From the NCBI RefSeq assembly GCF_000195955.2, contig NC_000962.3, positions 1,170,001-1,202,000 of the forward strand: DNA of 32,000 nucleotides, in the 5' to 3' direction. Position numbers and translations under genes: made by a program. The stretch is from Mycobacterium tuberculosis H37Rv. Lineage in GTDB: Bacteria > Actinomycetota > Actinomycetes > Mycobacteriales > Mycobacteriaceae. Below are positions 7,628 to 17,434 of the stretch, piece by piece (position 1 is the first letter of the stretch; each line of letters begins with the position of its first letter). The notes beneath the pieces were generated by a model. That model saw nothing but the letters and a program-made list of their open reading frames with translations, was not told the DNA's origin and made no database searches.

Positions 7628-8392
7628 ATGAGCGTGGATTACCCCCAAATGGCTGCTACCCGGGGAAGAATAGAACCGGCCCCGCGGCGAGTTCGCGGCT
7701 ATCTCGGACATGTGCTCGTCTTCGACACCAGTGCGGCGCGCTATGTCTGGGAGGTTCCCTACTACCCGCAGTACTACATCCCGCTGGCGGATGTCCGCAT
7801 GGAGTTCCTGCGCGACGAGAACCACCCGCAGCGAGTGCAGCTGGGTCCGTCGCGGCTGCACTCCTTGGTAAGCGCCGGTCAGACCCACCGATCGGCGGCG
7901 CGGGTATTCGATGTCGACGGCGACAGCCCGGTGGCGGGCACCGTGCGTTTCAACTGGGATCCGCTGCGGTGGTTCGAGGAGGACGAGCCGATCTACGGCC
8001 ATCCGCGCAATCCCTATCAGCGGGCCGATGCGCTGCGCTCGCACCGACACGTCCGTGTCGAGCTGGACGGCATTGTGCTCGCTGACACCCGATCGCCCGT
8101 TCTGCTATTCGAAACTGGGATACCCACAAGGTATTACATCGATCCGGCCGACATCGCTTTCGAGCATCTGGAGCCCACCTCGACGCAGACGTTGTGTCCG
8201 TACAAGGGGACGACGTCGGGCTATTGGTCTGTGCGCGTCGGCGACGCCGTGCACCGCGACCTGGCCTGGACGTATCACTATCCACTGCCCGCCGTTGCCC
8301 CGATCGCCGGCCTGGTGGCGTTTTACAACGAGAAGGTCGACCTCACCGTCGACGGCGTCGCCCTGCCGCGGCCGCACACTCAGTTCAGCTAG
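7628..8392 (+). CDS. DUF427 family protein (Rv1056-like)
   Basis: 254 aa; two DUF427-like segments (GYLGHVLVFDTSAARYVWEVPYYPQYYIPLADV; HVRVELDGIVLADTRSPVLLFETGIPTRYYIDPADI); AAGGAG SD. Confidence 0.85.
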   Translation: MSVDYPQMAATRGRIEPAPRRVRGYLGHVLVFDTSAARYVWEVPYYPQYYIPLADVRMEFLRDENHPQRVQLGPSRLHSLVSAGQTHRSAARVFDVDGDSPVAGTVRFNWDPLRWFEEDEPIYGHPRNPYQRADALRSHRHVRVELDGIVLADTRSPVLLFETGIPTRYYIDPADIAFEHLEPTSTQTLCPYKGTTSGYWSVRVGDAVHRDLAWTYHYPLPAVAPIAGLVAFYNEKVDLTVDGVALPRPHTQFS

Positions 8393-9395
8393 TGCTTGGT
8401 TTGTTCGCCGGTTGGCGGCCGCCAGCATGGTCAACCTCATCTAGGGCGTGGGTGTCGGGGCGCAGCAGGCTGCCGGCGATCTCGCGGACACCGTCTTGGC
8501 TGTGCCCAATCTAGATTCCGATCGGCCTGAGTCTTCTTCTGCCGGCGCAGCGCATCGGCGCGGGCCACGATTGCATCGACGTGGACGGCCAGCCGGCGCT
8601 GGGTCATCGACGGCCAGCGAGCCGCCCTGAGAGCGAGCTCGGCGGCCACGGCGCCAACACCTCACCGTCGACGGTCAGATCGCTGCGACACACGATCGTT
8701 TGAAACATCCGGTAGTCGATGTCGCCGGCGGTGAAGACTTGGCCGACCATGGCTAGGCACTCGCGCATACCGCAGCTGGCTGGCCGTTGGCCCCTGGCTG
8801 ATCCGCAAGGCCGCACCGACCTCAGCGATCACCGCCGCCTGTGACCACTAACCAGTCTCATCGAAAATATATTCGATACAGCCACTTGCCGTCGACATTG
8901 ACCATGAGGCGTTCACGTCGCAGGGCCGACGAAATATGCTGAGACCTGCCTACTCGTGTGCAATGTGATATTAGCCTCATTTTGATTTGAATTATGAGAA
9001 TTTCTTATTTCCCAGTTATGGGGAGCGTGTGCTGGTTGTTAGCGAAGTACGCTAAAACTGCAGTTACTGCTCATAGCACTGGTTTGCCACATACCCCGTA
9101 TCGGGATACGTCATGATCGGTATCCTGAGCGGAACATAAGTCGGTCACGTGACCTAGGTAACAGCGTCTAATTCGTGAAATTTTTGATCAGAATTTGGTC
9201 GCTAGACTTATTCCAGCCCAGTATGAATCAGCGCTTTTGGTGCCGAAATGCGGCGAATCCCGGGCAGTCGGCGTCGCACAGCACGGTTGCTGTGCTGTCG
9301 CAAGCCTGGAGGCCCGCAGACACAGCAAGCGAGGAGCGGCGCGTATGAGCCGCGCCGGCGACGATGCGGAACGAAGTGATGAGGAGGAGCGGCGC

Positions 9396-10577
9396 ATGAG
9401 CGTTATGAACGGCCGGGAGGTCGCTCGAGAGAGCAGAGATGCCCAGGTCTTCGAGTTCGGCACCGCACCGGGCTCCGCCGTGGTCAAGATTCCGGTGCAG
9501 GGCGGTCCGATCGGTGGCATCGCCATCAGCCGCGACGGCAGTCTGCTGGTAGTGACCAACAACGGCACCGACACCGTCTCGGTCGTCGGCACCGACACCT
9601 GCCGGGTCACCCAGACCGTCACCAGTGTCAACGAACCGTTCGCGATCGCCATGGGCAATGCGGAAGCCAACCGCGCGTACGTCAGCACGGTGTCGTCGGC
9701 GTACGACGCGATCGCGGTCATCGACGTGGCCACGAACACCGTTCTCGGCACCCATCCGCTGGCGCTCAGTGTGAGCGACCTGACACTCAGCCCGGACGAC
9801 AAGTACCTGTACGTCAGCCGAAATGGCACTCGCGGTGCTGACGTTGCGGTGCTGGACACGACGACGGGCGCACTGATCGACGTCGTAGACGTTTCCCAGG
9901 CGCCGGGCACCACCACGCAATGCGTGCGGATGAGCCCGGACGGAAGTGTCCTGTACGTCGGCGCCAATGGGCCATCCGGCGGCCTGCTCGTCGTGATCAC
10001 GACCCGCGCGCAGTCCGACGGGGGACGCATCGGGAGTCGCTCGCGTTCGCGGCAGAAGAGCTCCAAACCCCGGGGTAACCAGGCGGCGGCGGGCTTGCGC
10101 GTGGTGGCGACCATCGACATCGGGTCATCGGTCCGCGACGTCGCGCTCAGCCCCGACGGTGCCATCGCCTACGTCGCCAGCTGCGGCTCCGACTTCGGGG
10201 CAGTGGTCGACGTCATCGACACTCGCACCCACCAGATCACCAGCTCGCGCGCGATCAGCGAGATCGGCGGGTTGGTCACCCGGGTGAGCGTTAGCGGCGA
10301 CGCGGATCGCGCCTACTTGGTCAGCGAGGATCGGGTGACCGTGCTGTGCACCCGTACGCACGATGTCATCGGCACGATCAGGACCGGCCAGCCGTCGTGC
10401 GTGGTCGAGAGCCCGGACGGAAAGTACCTGTACATCGCCGACTACTCCGGCACCATCACCAGGACAGCGGTTGCCTCGACCATCGTGTCCGGGACCGAGC
10501 AGCTGGCGCTACAGCGCCGCGGGTCTATGCAGTGGTTCTCGCCTGAGCTGCAGCAGTACGCGCCGGCGCTCGCCTAG
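9396..10577 (+). CDS. YVTN-like seven-bladed beta-propeller protein (Rv1057-like)
   Basis: 393 aa from the ATG at 9396 (GAGGAG SD); repeated 'LSPDDKYLYVSRNG', 'MSPDGSVLYVGANG', 'LSPDGAIAYVASCG', 'ESPDGKYLYIADYSG' blades. In-frame ATG at 9345 is an alternative start. Confidence 0.88.
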   Translation: MSVMNGREVARESRDAQVFEFGTAPGSAVVKIPVQGGPIGGIAISRDGSLLVVTNNGTDTVSVVGTDTCRVTQTVTSVNEPFAIAMGNAEANRAYVSTVSSAYDAIAVIDVATNTVLGTHPLALSVSDLTLSPDDKYLYVSRNGTRGADVAVLDTTTGALIDVVDVSQAPGTTTQCVRMSPDGSVLYVGANGPSGGLLVVITTRAQSDGGRIGSRSRSRQKSSKPRGNQAAAGLRVVATIDIGSSVRDVALSPDGAIAYVASCGSDFGAVVDVIDTRTHQITSSRAISEIGGLVTRVSVSGDADRAYLVSEDRVTVLCTRTHDVIGTIRTGQPSCVVESPDGKYLYIADYSGTITRTAVASTIVSGTEQLALQRRGSMQWFSPELQQYAPALA

Positions 10578-10683
10578 CTCGAACGCGCTTCTCGGGGGAA
10601 CCCGTTTCTCATGACTTCTCGCGGCGATAGCATTCGCCCGAGGAGGACATGAGGCGCGCCGAGACCCGTAAGGCGGTACATCG

Positions 10684-12315
10684 ATGTACGGCACGATGCA
10701 GGACTTTCCGTTGACGATCACCGCGATCATGCGCCACGGCTGCGGTGTCCACGGGCGACGCACGGTCACCACCGCGACGGGTGAGGGCTATCGGCACAGT
10801 AGCTATCGCGATGTGGGGCAACGAGCTGGCCAGCTGGCAAATGCGTTGCGCCGCCTCGGTGTTACCGGGGACCAGCGGGTTGCCACGTTCATGTGGAACA
10901 ACACCGAACACTTGGTGACCTACTTCGCGGTCCCGTCGATGGGCGCGGTGCTGCATACCCTCAACATCCGGCTCTTCCCCGAGCAGATCGCCTATGTCAC
11001 CAACGAGGCCGAAGACCGCGTCATTCTGGTCGACTTGTCATTGGCCAGACTGCTCGCGCCGGTGCTGCCCAAACTCGACACCGTGCATACCGTGATCGCG
11101 GTAGGAGAGGGCGACACGACGCCGCTGCGGGAAGCTGGCAAGACCGTGCTGCGCTTCGCCGAATTAATTGACGCCGAATCCCCCGACTTCGGGTGGCCGC
11201 AGATCGATGAGAACTCCGCGGCCGCAATGTGTTACACCAGCGGTACTACCGGCAATCCCAAAGGCGTTGTATACAGCCATCGTTCGAGCTTTCTGCACAC
11301 GATGGCGGCCTGCACCACAAACGGTATCGGGGTCGGGTCCAGTGACAAGGTGCTGCCGATCGTGCCGATGTTTCATGCCAACGGGTGGGGGCTACCGTAT
11401 GCGGCCTTGATGGCGGGTGCGGACTTGGTGCTACCCGATCGGCATCTCGACGCCCGCTCGCTGATCCACATGGTGGAGACGCTGAAGCCGACGTTGGCCG
11501 GCGCGGTGCCAACCATCTGGAACGACGTCATGCATTACCTAGAGAAGGACCCCGATCACGACATGTCATCGCTGCGTCTGGTCGCCTGCGGCGGATCGGC
11601 GGTTCCGGAATCGCTGATGCGCACCTTCGAGGACAAGCACGATGTCCAGATTCGGCAGCTGTGGGGCATGACGGAAACATCGCCGCTGGCCACCATGGCC
11701 TGGCCGCCACCTGGCACCCCGGACGACCAGCATTGGGCATTCCGCATCACTCAGGGCCAACCGGTGTGCGGGGTGGAGACCCGGATCGTCGACGACGATG
11801 GCCAGGTGCTGCCCAACGACGGCAACGCCGTTGGCGAGGTGGAGGTTCGCGGGCCCTGGATTGCTGGCTCGTATTACGGGGGACGTGACGAGTCCAAGTT
11901 CGATTCCGGCTGGTTGCGCACCGGTGACGTCGGCCGCATCGACGAGCAAGGCTTCATCACCCTGACCGACCGCGCCAAAGACGTCATCAAGTCCGGCGGT
12001 GAATGGATCTCCTCGGTTGAGTTGGAGAACTGCCTTATCGCGCACCCGGACGTGCTCGAGGCCGCGGTCGTCGGCGTTCCCGACGAGCGCTGGCAGGAAC
12101 GGCCGCTGGCGGTTGTCGTAGTTCGGGAAGGGGCCACCGTTAGTGCTGGTGATCTGCGAGCATTCCTGGCGGACAAGGTCGTTCGCTGGTGGTTGCCGGA
12201 GCGGTGGGCGTTTGTCGACGAGATTCCCCGCACCAGCGTGGGCAAGTACGACAAGAAGGCCATCCGTTCTCGCTACGCCGAAGGTGCCTACCAGATCACC
12301 GAGGTGCACACTTGA
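10684..12315 (+). CDS. fadD14: Fatty-acyl-CoA/AMP ligase FadD14
   Basis: 543 aa; YTSGTTGNPKGVVYSH AMP-binding motif, WLRTGDVG, KDVIKSGGEWISS, terminal SVGKYDKKAIR. Confidence 0.95.
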   Translation: MYGTMQDFPLTITAIMRHGCGVHGRRTVTTATGEGYRHSSYRDVGQRAGQLANALRRLGVTGDQRVATFMWNNTEHLVTYFAVPSMGAVLHTLNIRLFPEQIAYVTNEAEDRVILVDLSLARLLAPVLPKLDTVHTVIAVGEGDTTPLREAGKTVLRFAELIDAESPDFGWPQIDENSAAAMCYTSGTTGNPKGVVYSHRSSFLHTMAACTTNGIGVGSSDKVLPIVPMFHANGWGLPYAALMAGADLVLPDRHLDARSLIHMVETLKPTLAGAVPTIWNDVMHYLEKDPDHDMSSLRLVACGGSAVPESLMRTFEDKHDVQIRQLWGMTETSPLATMAWPPPGTPDDQHWAFRITQGQPVCGVETRIVDDDGQVLPNDGNAVGEVEVRGPWIAGSYYGGRDESKFDSGWLRTGDVGRIDEQGFITLTDRAKDVIKSGGEWISSVELENCLIAHPDVLEAAVVGVPDERWQERPLAVVVVREGATVSAGDLRAFLADKVVRWWLPERWAFVDEIPRTSVGKYDKKAIRSRYAEGAYQITEVHT

Positions 12316-12319
12316 CCCG

Positions 12320-12381
12320 CGCGAGCAGACGCAAAATCGCCCATTTTCGTGTCGAAATGGGGGCTTTTGCGTCTGCTCGCG
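12320..12381. repeat. Large inverted repeat/hairpin between fadD14 and the next gene
   Basis: CGCGAGCAGACGCAAAA (12320-12336) is the exact reverse complement of TTTTGCGTCTGCTCGCG (12365-12381); inner CCCATTT/AAATGGG extends the stem. Confidence 0.9.
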
Positions 12382-12396
12382 GGTAGAAAGGTGACC

Positions 12397-13455
12397 ATGA
12401 GCCTGCGGGTCATTCAATGGGCGACGGGATCGGTCGGTGTGGCGGCGATCAAAGGCGTGCTGCAGCATCCCGAACTCGAACTCGTAGGCTGCTGGGTGCA
12501 TTCGGCGGCCAAGAGCGGCAAAGACGTCGGCGAAATCATCGGTTCACCACCATTGGGCGTGATCGCGACTAACAGCATCGACGACGTTTTGGCGCTGGAC
12601 GCCGACGCGGTGATCTACGCGCCATTGCTGCCCAGCGTCGACGAAGTCGCCGCGCTGTTGCGTTCGGGCAAGAACGTGGTCACTCCGCTTGGGTGGTTCT
12701 ATCCGAGTGAAAAGGAGGCCGCCCCACTGGAAGTCGCCGCGCAGGCCGGCAATGCGACGCTGCACGGCGCCGGAATTGGGCCCGGGGCTGTCACCGAGCT
12801 GTTCCCGTTGCTCCTGTCGGTGATGTCCACCGGTGTGACTTTTGTTCGCTCCGAAGAGTTTTCGGATCTGCGCAGCTATGGAGCGCCGGACGTGCTGCGC
12901 TATGTGATGGGTTTCGGCGGCACACCGGACAGCGCGTTGACCGGACCGATGCAGAAAATTCTGGACGGGGGCTTCCTGCAGTCGGTACGGCTGTGTGTCG
13001 ACCGGTTGGGCTTTGCCGCCGACCCCCAGATCCGCACTTCGCAGGAGGTGGCGGTTGCGACCGCCCCGATCGACTCGCCGATCGGAGTAATTGAGCCCGG
13101 ACAGGTGGCCGGACGCCGCTTCCATTGGGAGGCGCTGGTCGAGGACACAGTGGTCGTCCAGATCGCCGTGAACTGGTTGATGGGATCGGAAAATCTGGAT
13201 CCCCCTTGGTCATTCGGGCCGGCCGGAGAACGCTACGAGATCGAAGTGCGCGGCAGCCCGGACACCTGCGTCACCATCAAGGGTTGGCAACCGCAGACCG
13301 TGGCGGCCGGCTTGAAGAGCAACCCCGGGATCGTGGCAACCGCGGCGCACTGCGTCAACGCGATCCCGGCAACCTGCGCCGCCCCGGCGGGGATCCAGAG
13401 CTTTTTCGACCTGCCGCTCATCACCGGCCGGGCCGCTCCCGGGCTGGCACGCTAG
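12397..13455 (+). CDS. NAD(P)-binding protein, dihydrodipicolinate reductase N-terminal-like (Rv1059-like)
   Basis: MSLRVIQWATGSVGVAAIKGVLQHPELELVG Rossmann start; AGAAAGG SD at 12384-12390; GTG at 12391 is an alternative start. Confidence 0.88.
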   Translation: MSLRVIQWATGSVGVAAIKGVLQHPELELVGCWVHSAAKSGKDVGEIIGSPPLGVIATNSIDDVLALDADAVIYAPLLPSVDEVAALLRSGKNVVTPLGWFYPSEKEAAPLEVAAQAGNATLHGAGIGPGAVTELFPLLLSVMSTGVTFVRSEEFSDLRSYGAPDVLRYVMGFGGTPDSALTGPMQKILDGGFLQSVRLCVDRLGFAADPQIRTSQEVAVATAPIDSPIGVIEPGQVAGRRFHWEALVEDTVVVQIAVNWLMGSENLDPPWSFGPAGERYEIEVRGSPDTCVTIKGWQPQTVAAGLKSNPGIVATAAHCVNAIPATCAAPAGIQSFFDLPLITGRAAPGLAR

Positions 13456-13507
13456 AGTTGCTGGCGGCGTCCCCGGCCGGGATGTCGAGAATCGGACGGG
13501 TAATCCA

Positions 13508-13981
13508 ATGGCAAAGTCTGTCGTCGTCGAGCAATCGCGAGCGATTCCGGTGCAATCCGAGGATGCGTTCGGTGGCACGCTGGCGGCAGCGCTGCCGGTG
13601 ATTTGTTCGCACTGGTACGGCCTGATCCCACCAATCAAGGAGGTCCGGGATCAAACGGGTGCTTGGGATTCTGTCGGACAGGCCCGTGTCATCACGATGG
13701 TCGGCGGCGGGCGCGTGCGCGAGGAGCTGACCAGTGTCGACCCGCCGCGGTCGTTCGGCTACACGCTCACCGACATCAAGGGCCCGTTGGCGCCGCTGGT
13801 CGCGTTGGTGGAGGGCAAGTGGAGCTTCGCTCCCGCGGATACCGGAACCACGGTGACCTGGCAATGGACCATCCATCCTAGATCGGCGCTGGCCGCGCCG
13901 GTGTTGCCGGTGTTCGCCAGGATGTGGCGGGGCTACGCGCGCGGGGTGCTCGAGAAGCTTTCCGCTTTGTTGGTGGGCTGA
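13508..13981 (+). CDS. SRPBCC/polyketide cyclase-like protein (Rv1060-like)
   Basis: 157 aa; 'GGRVREELTSVDPPRSFGYTLTDIKGPL...FAPADTGTTVTWQWTIHPRS...'. Confidence 0.82.
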   Translation: MAKSVVVEQSRAIPVQSEDAFGGTLAAALPVICSHWYGLIPPIKEVRDQTGAWDSVGQARVITMVGGGRVREELTSVDPPRSFGYTLTDIKGPLAPLVALVEGKWSFAPADTGTTVTWQWTIHPRSALAAPVLPVFARMWRGYARGVLEKLSALLVG

Positions 13982-14014
13982 GCGGCGCTGCCGGCTTCGT
14001 CTACCGTCGGGGTC

Positions 14015-14878
14015 ATGTGCCGACTCTTTGGCTTGCACTCCGGAACCGATGCTGTCACCGCGACGTTTTGGTTGCTGAACGCCTCGGATAGCCTGGCCGA
14101 GCAAAGCCGACGAAACCCCGACGGCACCGGCCTTGGTGTATTCGACGAACACCACCAGCCGCGGCTACACAAGCAACCAATAGCGGCCTGGCAAGACGCC
14201 GACTTCGCCACCGAAGCCCACGAGCTGACCGGCACGACGTTCGTCGCCCATGTTCGCTACGCGACGACCGGGTCGCTCGACATCCGCAATACCCACCCAT
14301 TCCTGCAAGACGGGCGGATCTTCGCACACAATGGGGTGGTCGAAGGACTGGATGTCCTCGACGAACGGCTGCGCGAGGTCGGCGCCGATGACCTGGTGTT
14401 GGGCCAGACCGACTCCGAGCGCGTATTCGCTTTGATCACCGCTTCGATCCGCGCCCGGGACGGCAACGAATCAGCCGGTCTGATTGACGCGCTGAGGTGG
14501 CTCGCGGCGAATGTGCCGATCTATGCCGTCAACGTGTTGCTCAGCACCGCGACCGATGTATGGGCACTGCGGTATCCGGAGTCCCACGAGCTGTATATCT
14601 TGGACCGCCGCGGCGACGGTGCGCCCGAGTTCCACTTGCGAAGCAAGCGAATCCGCGCACACTCGACGCACTTGCGCGAACGGTCGTCGGTGGTGTTCGC
14701 GACTGAACCGATGGATGACAACCCGCGTTGGCGCCTGCTGGACGCGGGGGAGCTGGTCCACGTGGACGCCGCCCTGCGGGTCAACAGGAGTCTGGTGCTA
14801 CCTGATCCACCCAGACATCCGATTCGCCGGGAAGATCTCAGCGAGCCGGTACTGCATGCGCAACACACGTCGGCGTGA
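14015..14878 (+). CDS. Class II glutamine amidotransferase (Rv1061-like)
   Basis: 287 aa; N-terminal Cys2 (MCRLFGLHSG), GTGLGVFD, FVAHVRYATTG, NTHPFLQDGRIFAHNGVV. Confidence 0.92.
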   Translation: MCRLFGLHSGTDAVTATFWLLNASDSLAEQSRRNPDGTGLGVFDEHHQPRLHKQPIAAWQDADFATEAHELTGTTFVAHVRYATTGSLDIRNTHPFLQDGRIFAHNGVVEGLDVLDERLREVGADDLVLGQTDSERVFALITASIRARDGNESAGLIDALRWLAANVPIYAVNVLLSTATDVWALRYPESHELYILDRRGDGAPEFHLRSKRIRAHSTHLRERSSVVFATEPMDDNPRWRLLDAGELVHVDAALRVNRSLVLPDPPRHPIRREDLSEPVLHAQHTSA

Positions 14879-14882
14879 ACTC

Positions 14883-15740
14883 GTGACAACTAGACGCGCG
14901 CTGGTATTGGCCGGCGGAGGACTGGCCGGAATCGCCTGGGAAACAGGTGTTTTGCGCGGCATCGCGGACGAATCGCCGGCGGCGGCCCGGCTGCTACTGG
15001 ATTCGGATGTGTTGGTCGGGACATCGGCCGGTGCAACGGTCGCCGCGCAGATCAGCAGTGGCTGCCCGCTCGACACGCTGTACGAACGGCAGCTCGCCGA
15101 GACGTCGGCCGAGATCGATCCCGGTGTCGACATCGATGCCATCACTGATCTTTTCCTGACTGCCGTGACCGAGCCGCACATTTCGACGCGCCGGCGGCTA
15201 CAACGGATCGGTGCCGTGGCGTTGGCGGTCGACACCGTTCCGGAGTCCGTCCGCCGTCAGGTGATCGCCCAGCGCTTGCCGTCGCACGACTGGCCGGACC
15301 GGGTGTTGCGGGTCACCGCGATCGACATCGCCACCGGCGAATTGGTTGTTTTCCATCGCGAGTCGAATGTGGCGCTGGTCGACGCGGTGGCGGCCAGTTG
15401 CTCGGTGCCGGGGGCGTGGCCTCCGGTGACAATTGCCGGCCGCCGCTACATGGATGGCGGGGTGGCCAGCTCGGTCAACCTTGGTGTCGCCGACGATTGT
15501 GATGCCGCCGTGGTTTTGGTGCCCGCCGGCGCCGACGCGCCGTCGCCCTTTGGCGGCGGGGCGGCCGCGGAGATCGCGGCAGCCACCGGCATGGTGTTTG
15601 CCGTGTTCGCCGACGACGACTCGTTGGCGGCTTTCGGGCCCAACCCGCTGGATCCGCTCTGCCGTGTGAACTCGGCGATGGCCGGACGTCAGCAGGGCCG
15701 CCGCGAAGCGCAAGCCGTTGCCAGGCTGCTCGGCGTTTGA
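14883..15740 (+). CDS. Patatin-like phospholipase (Rv1062-like)
   Basis: GTG start giving VTTRRALVLAGGGLAGIAWETGVLRGI; GTSAG nucleophile elbow; DGG motif (RYMDGG). Confidence 0.92.
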   Translation: MTTRRALVLAGGGLAGIAWETGVLRGIADESPAAARLLLDSDVLVGTSAGATVAAQISSGCPLDTLYERQLAETSAEIDPGVDIDAITDLFLTAVTEPHISTRRRLQRIGAVALAVDTVPESVRRQVIAQRLPSHDWPDRVLRVTAIDIATGELVVFHRESNVALVDAVAASCSVPGAWPPVTIAGRRYMDGGVASSVNLGVADDCDAAVVLVPAGADAPSPFGGGAAAEIAAATGMVFAVFADDDSLAAFGPNPLDPLCRVNSAMAGRQQGRREAQAVARLLGV

Positions 15741-16823
15741 TCAGCCCTCGATGGTCGCAGCGGCAGATTCGTCGTCGTCGATCTCGAATGCTTCCAAGGC
15801 TTGGGTGGCCAGCGCGCGGCCGACGGCGATCACCTCCACCGCGCGGTGAAATTCCAGGCTTCGGCACGTTGAACGCGGTACCTCGATCAGCAGGTCGGCC
15901 GGATAGCCCGCCAGCGTATGGCGCGCCAGTGCGGATTGGGCGATATCGATCGTCCGATTCATCACCTCGAAACTGCCCATTTTGGGTAGCCCGGGTGTGT
16001 CAGCGGCTTCCTCGCGGTCAGCTGGTGGGCCGGCTGGACGCTGCTCGATCTCCGGAGCTTGCGACCAGGAATCCGATTCCGCGGCCGCCGCGCCGAAGCG
16101 ACTCAGCACCGCCCGCGCCGTAGGCCGGTCGAGCAGCGACCGGGCGGCGCTGACGTCAAACAGCGCGGAAGTGCTGCGCACCATGCGGTTCAACCACTCG
16201 GCGGTGACGTTGGGCTCCGCATCGCGAGCGGGGCCGGCCTCACTGCCGTTAAGGCTGACCGCGATGGTCAGGTCGGCGTTGACCCCGGCGATCGGCGCCA
16301 TCGGCAGTGGATCCAGGATTCCGCCGTCGGCCAGCAGGCGTCCGTCGACTTCGTGTGGGGCGATCACCCCGGGTATGGCGATGGACGCCCGGATCGCCGC
16401 GTCGAGGGGGCCGCGCTGAAACCACACCGACTTGCCGGCCAGTAGGTCGGTGGCCACCGCGGTATAGGGGATCGGCAGCTGCTCGATGGCGACCGGGCCG
16501 ACGATGTCGCGCACCGCGTCGAGAATCTTTTCTGCCCGCAGGATGCCGGCCGCGCTAATAGACGGATCCAGCAGCCGCAAGATGGTGCGCTGCGTCAGGG
16601 ACTTGGCCCAGTGGGCGAACTCGTCGAGTCGGCCGGCCGCATGCACCCCACCGACCACCGCGCCCATCGACGAGCCGGCGATCCCAACGATGTCATAGCC
16701 GCGCTCCCGCAGCGCCTGGATCACTCCGATGTGGGCGTAACCCCGGGCGCCGCCGCTGCCGAGCGCCAGTGCGACGCGCGGCGAAGACGACCCTCGCACC
16801 CGGAGGGCAGCTGGTGCGGGCAT
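15741..16823 (-). CDS. Patatin-like phospholipase (Rv1063c-like)
   Basis: 360 aa; LALGSGGARGYAHIGVI, GIAGSSMGAVVG, DGRLLADGG. Confidence 0.93.
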   Translation of the reverse strand: MPAPAALRVRGSSSPRVALALGSGGARGYAHIGVIQALRERGYDIVGIAGSSMGAVVGGVHAAGRLDEFAHWAKSLTQRTILRLLDPSISAAGILRAEKILDAVRDIVGPVAIEQLPIPYTAVATDLLAGKSVWFQRGPLDAAIRASIAIPGVIAPHEVDGRLLADGGILDPLPMAPIAGVNADLTIAVSLNGSEAGPARDAEPNVTAEWLNRMVRSTSALFDVSAARSLLDRPTARAVLSRFGAAAAESDSWSQAPEIEQRPAGPPADREEAADTPGLPKMGSFEVMNRTIDIAQSALARHTLAGYPADLLIEVPRSTCRSLEFHRAVEVIAVGRALATQALEAFEIDDDESAAATIEG

Positions 16824-16903
16824 GCTTTCATTCTGCTCGGCGAGGTGCCCTTATCGGGATCCGGCCACTAGTTTCTTGCACCCCTGATCTCAATTGCCGA
16901 GCG

Positions 16904-17323
16904 TTATCCGCATTCCGCGTTGGCGGCGGCGCGCGCCGCGACGATCACGGCCGCCTGCCGTGCCGGGGTCAGCGCCGCCCAGCGGATGTGCCAGCTGCCG
17001 GCAACTCCGGATGGCGATGCTTGGACCACCGCCAGATACGGCTCGATTAACGACTCGCCGGAGCCGGGCTGGGCATCCATCCACAGCCTTGCGGCGTGAC
17101 AGGCCTGGTAATACTCCTCCTCGGTCGATTCCGCGGGAGCGTCAACCCTGGTGGTCACGCCGGCCGGGGAGACGCCGACGACGCCCGCCGGCAACGTACC
17201 GGCAACGCTTGACGAACGTCCGGCTTTGCTGCTGCCGCCGCGAGAGCAGCCGGCAACGGCCGACAACCACGCCAGCGCCAAAACCATTGCGCACAGCAGG
17301 GGGGCATAACGGCTCGGGCGCAC
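16904..17323 (-). CDS. lpqV: Putative lipoprotein LpqV
   Basis: 139 aa; signal peptide with lipobox LSAVAGC. Confidence 0.9.
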   Translation of the reverse strand: MRPSRYAPLLCAMVLALAWLSAVAGCSRGGSSKAGRSSSVAGTLPAGVVGVSPAGVTTRVDAPAESTEEEYYQACHAARLWMDAQPGSGESLIEPYLAVVQASPSGVAGSWHIRWAALTPARQAAVIVAARAAANAECG

Positions 17324-17434
17324 CGTCCCAATCTATGCAAGACTGACCGCGTGATGGAGCGCTACGGATTTTGTGGGTGTTGTCGGCCCTGACCTGCCGT
17401 CCGCCCTGTCCGTTCGACTCTTTGGAGTTCTCCC

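Noticed and set aside
7300-8085. 261-aa plus-strand ORF spanning the tRNA
   Set aside because: Translates straight through the tRNA gene and overlaps the DUF427 gene out of frame.
9188-10165. 325-aa minus-strand ORF opposite the beta-propeller gene
   Set aside because: Sense strand encodes clear YVTN-like blades; antisense protein is low-complexity Ser/Thr/Arg.
12320-12381. Interpretation of the hairpin as a canonical Rho-independent terminator
   Set aside because: No T-rich tract follows the stem (GGGTAGAAAG); kept only as an inverted repeat of unknown function.
11566-12501. 311-aa minus-strand ORF opposite fadD14
   Set aside because: Overlaps intact fadD14 with strong catalytic motifs and reads through the hairpin; shadow ORF.
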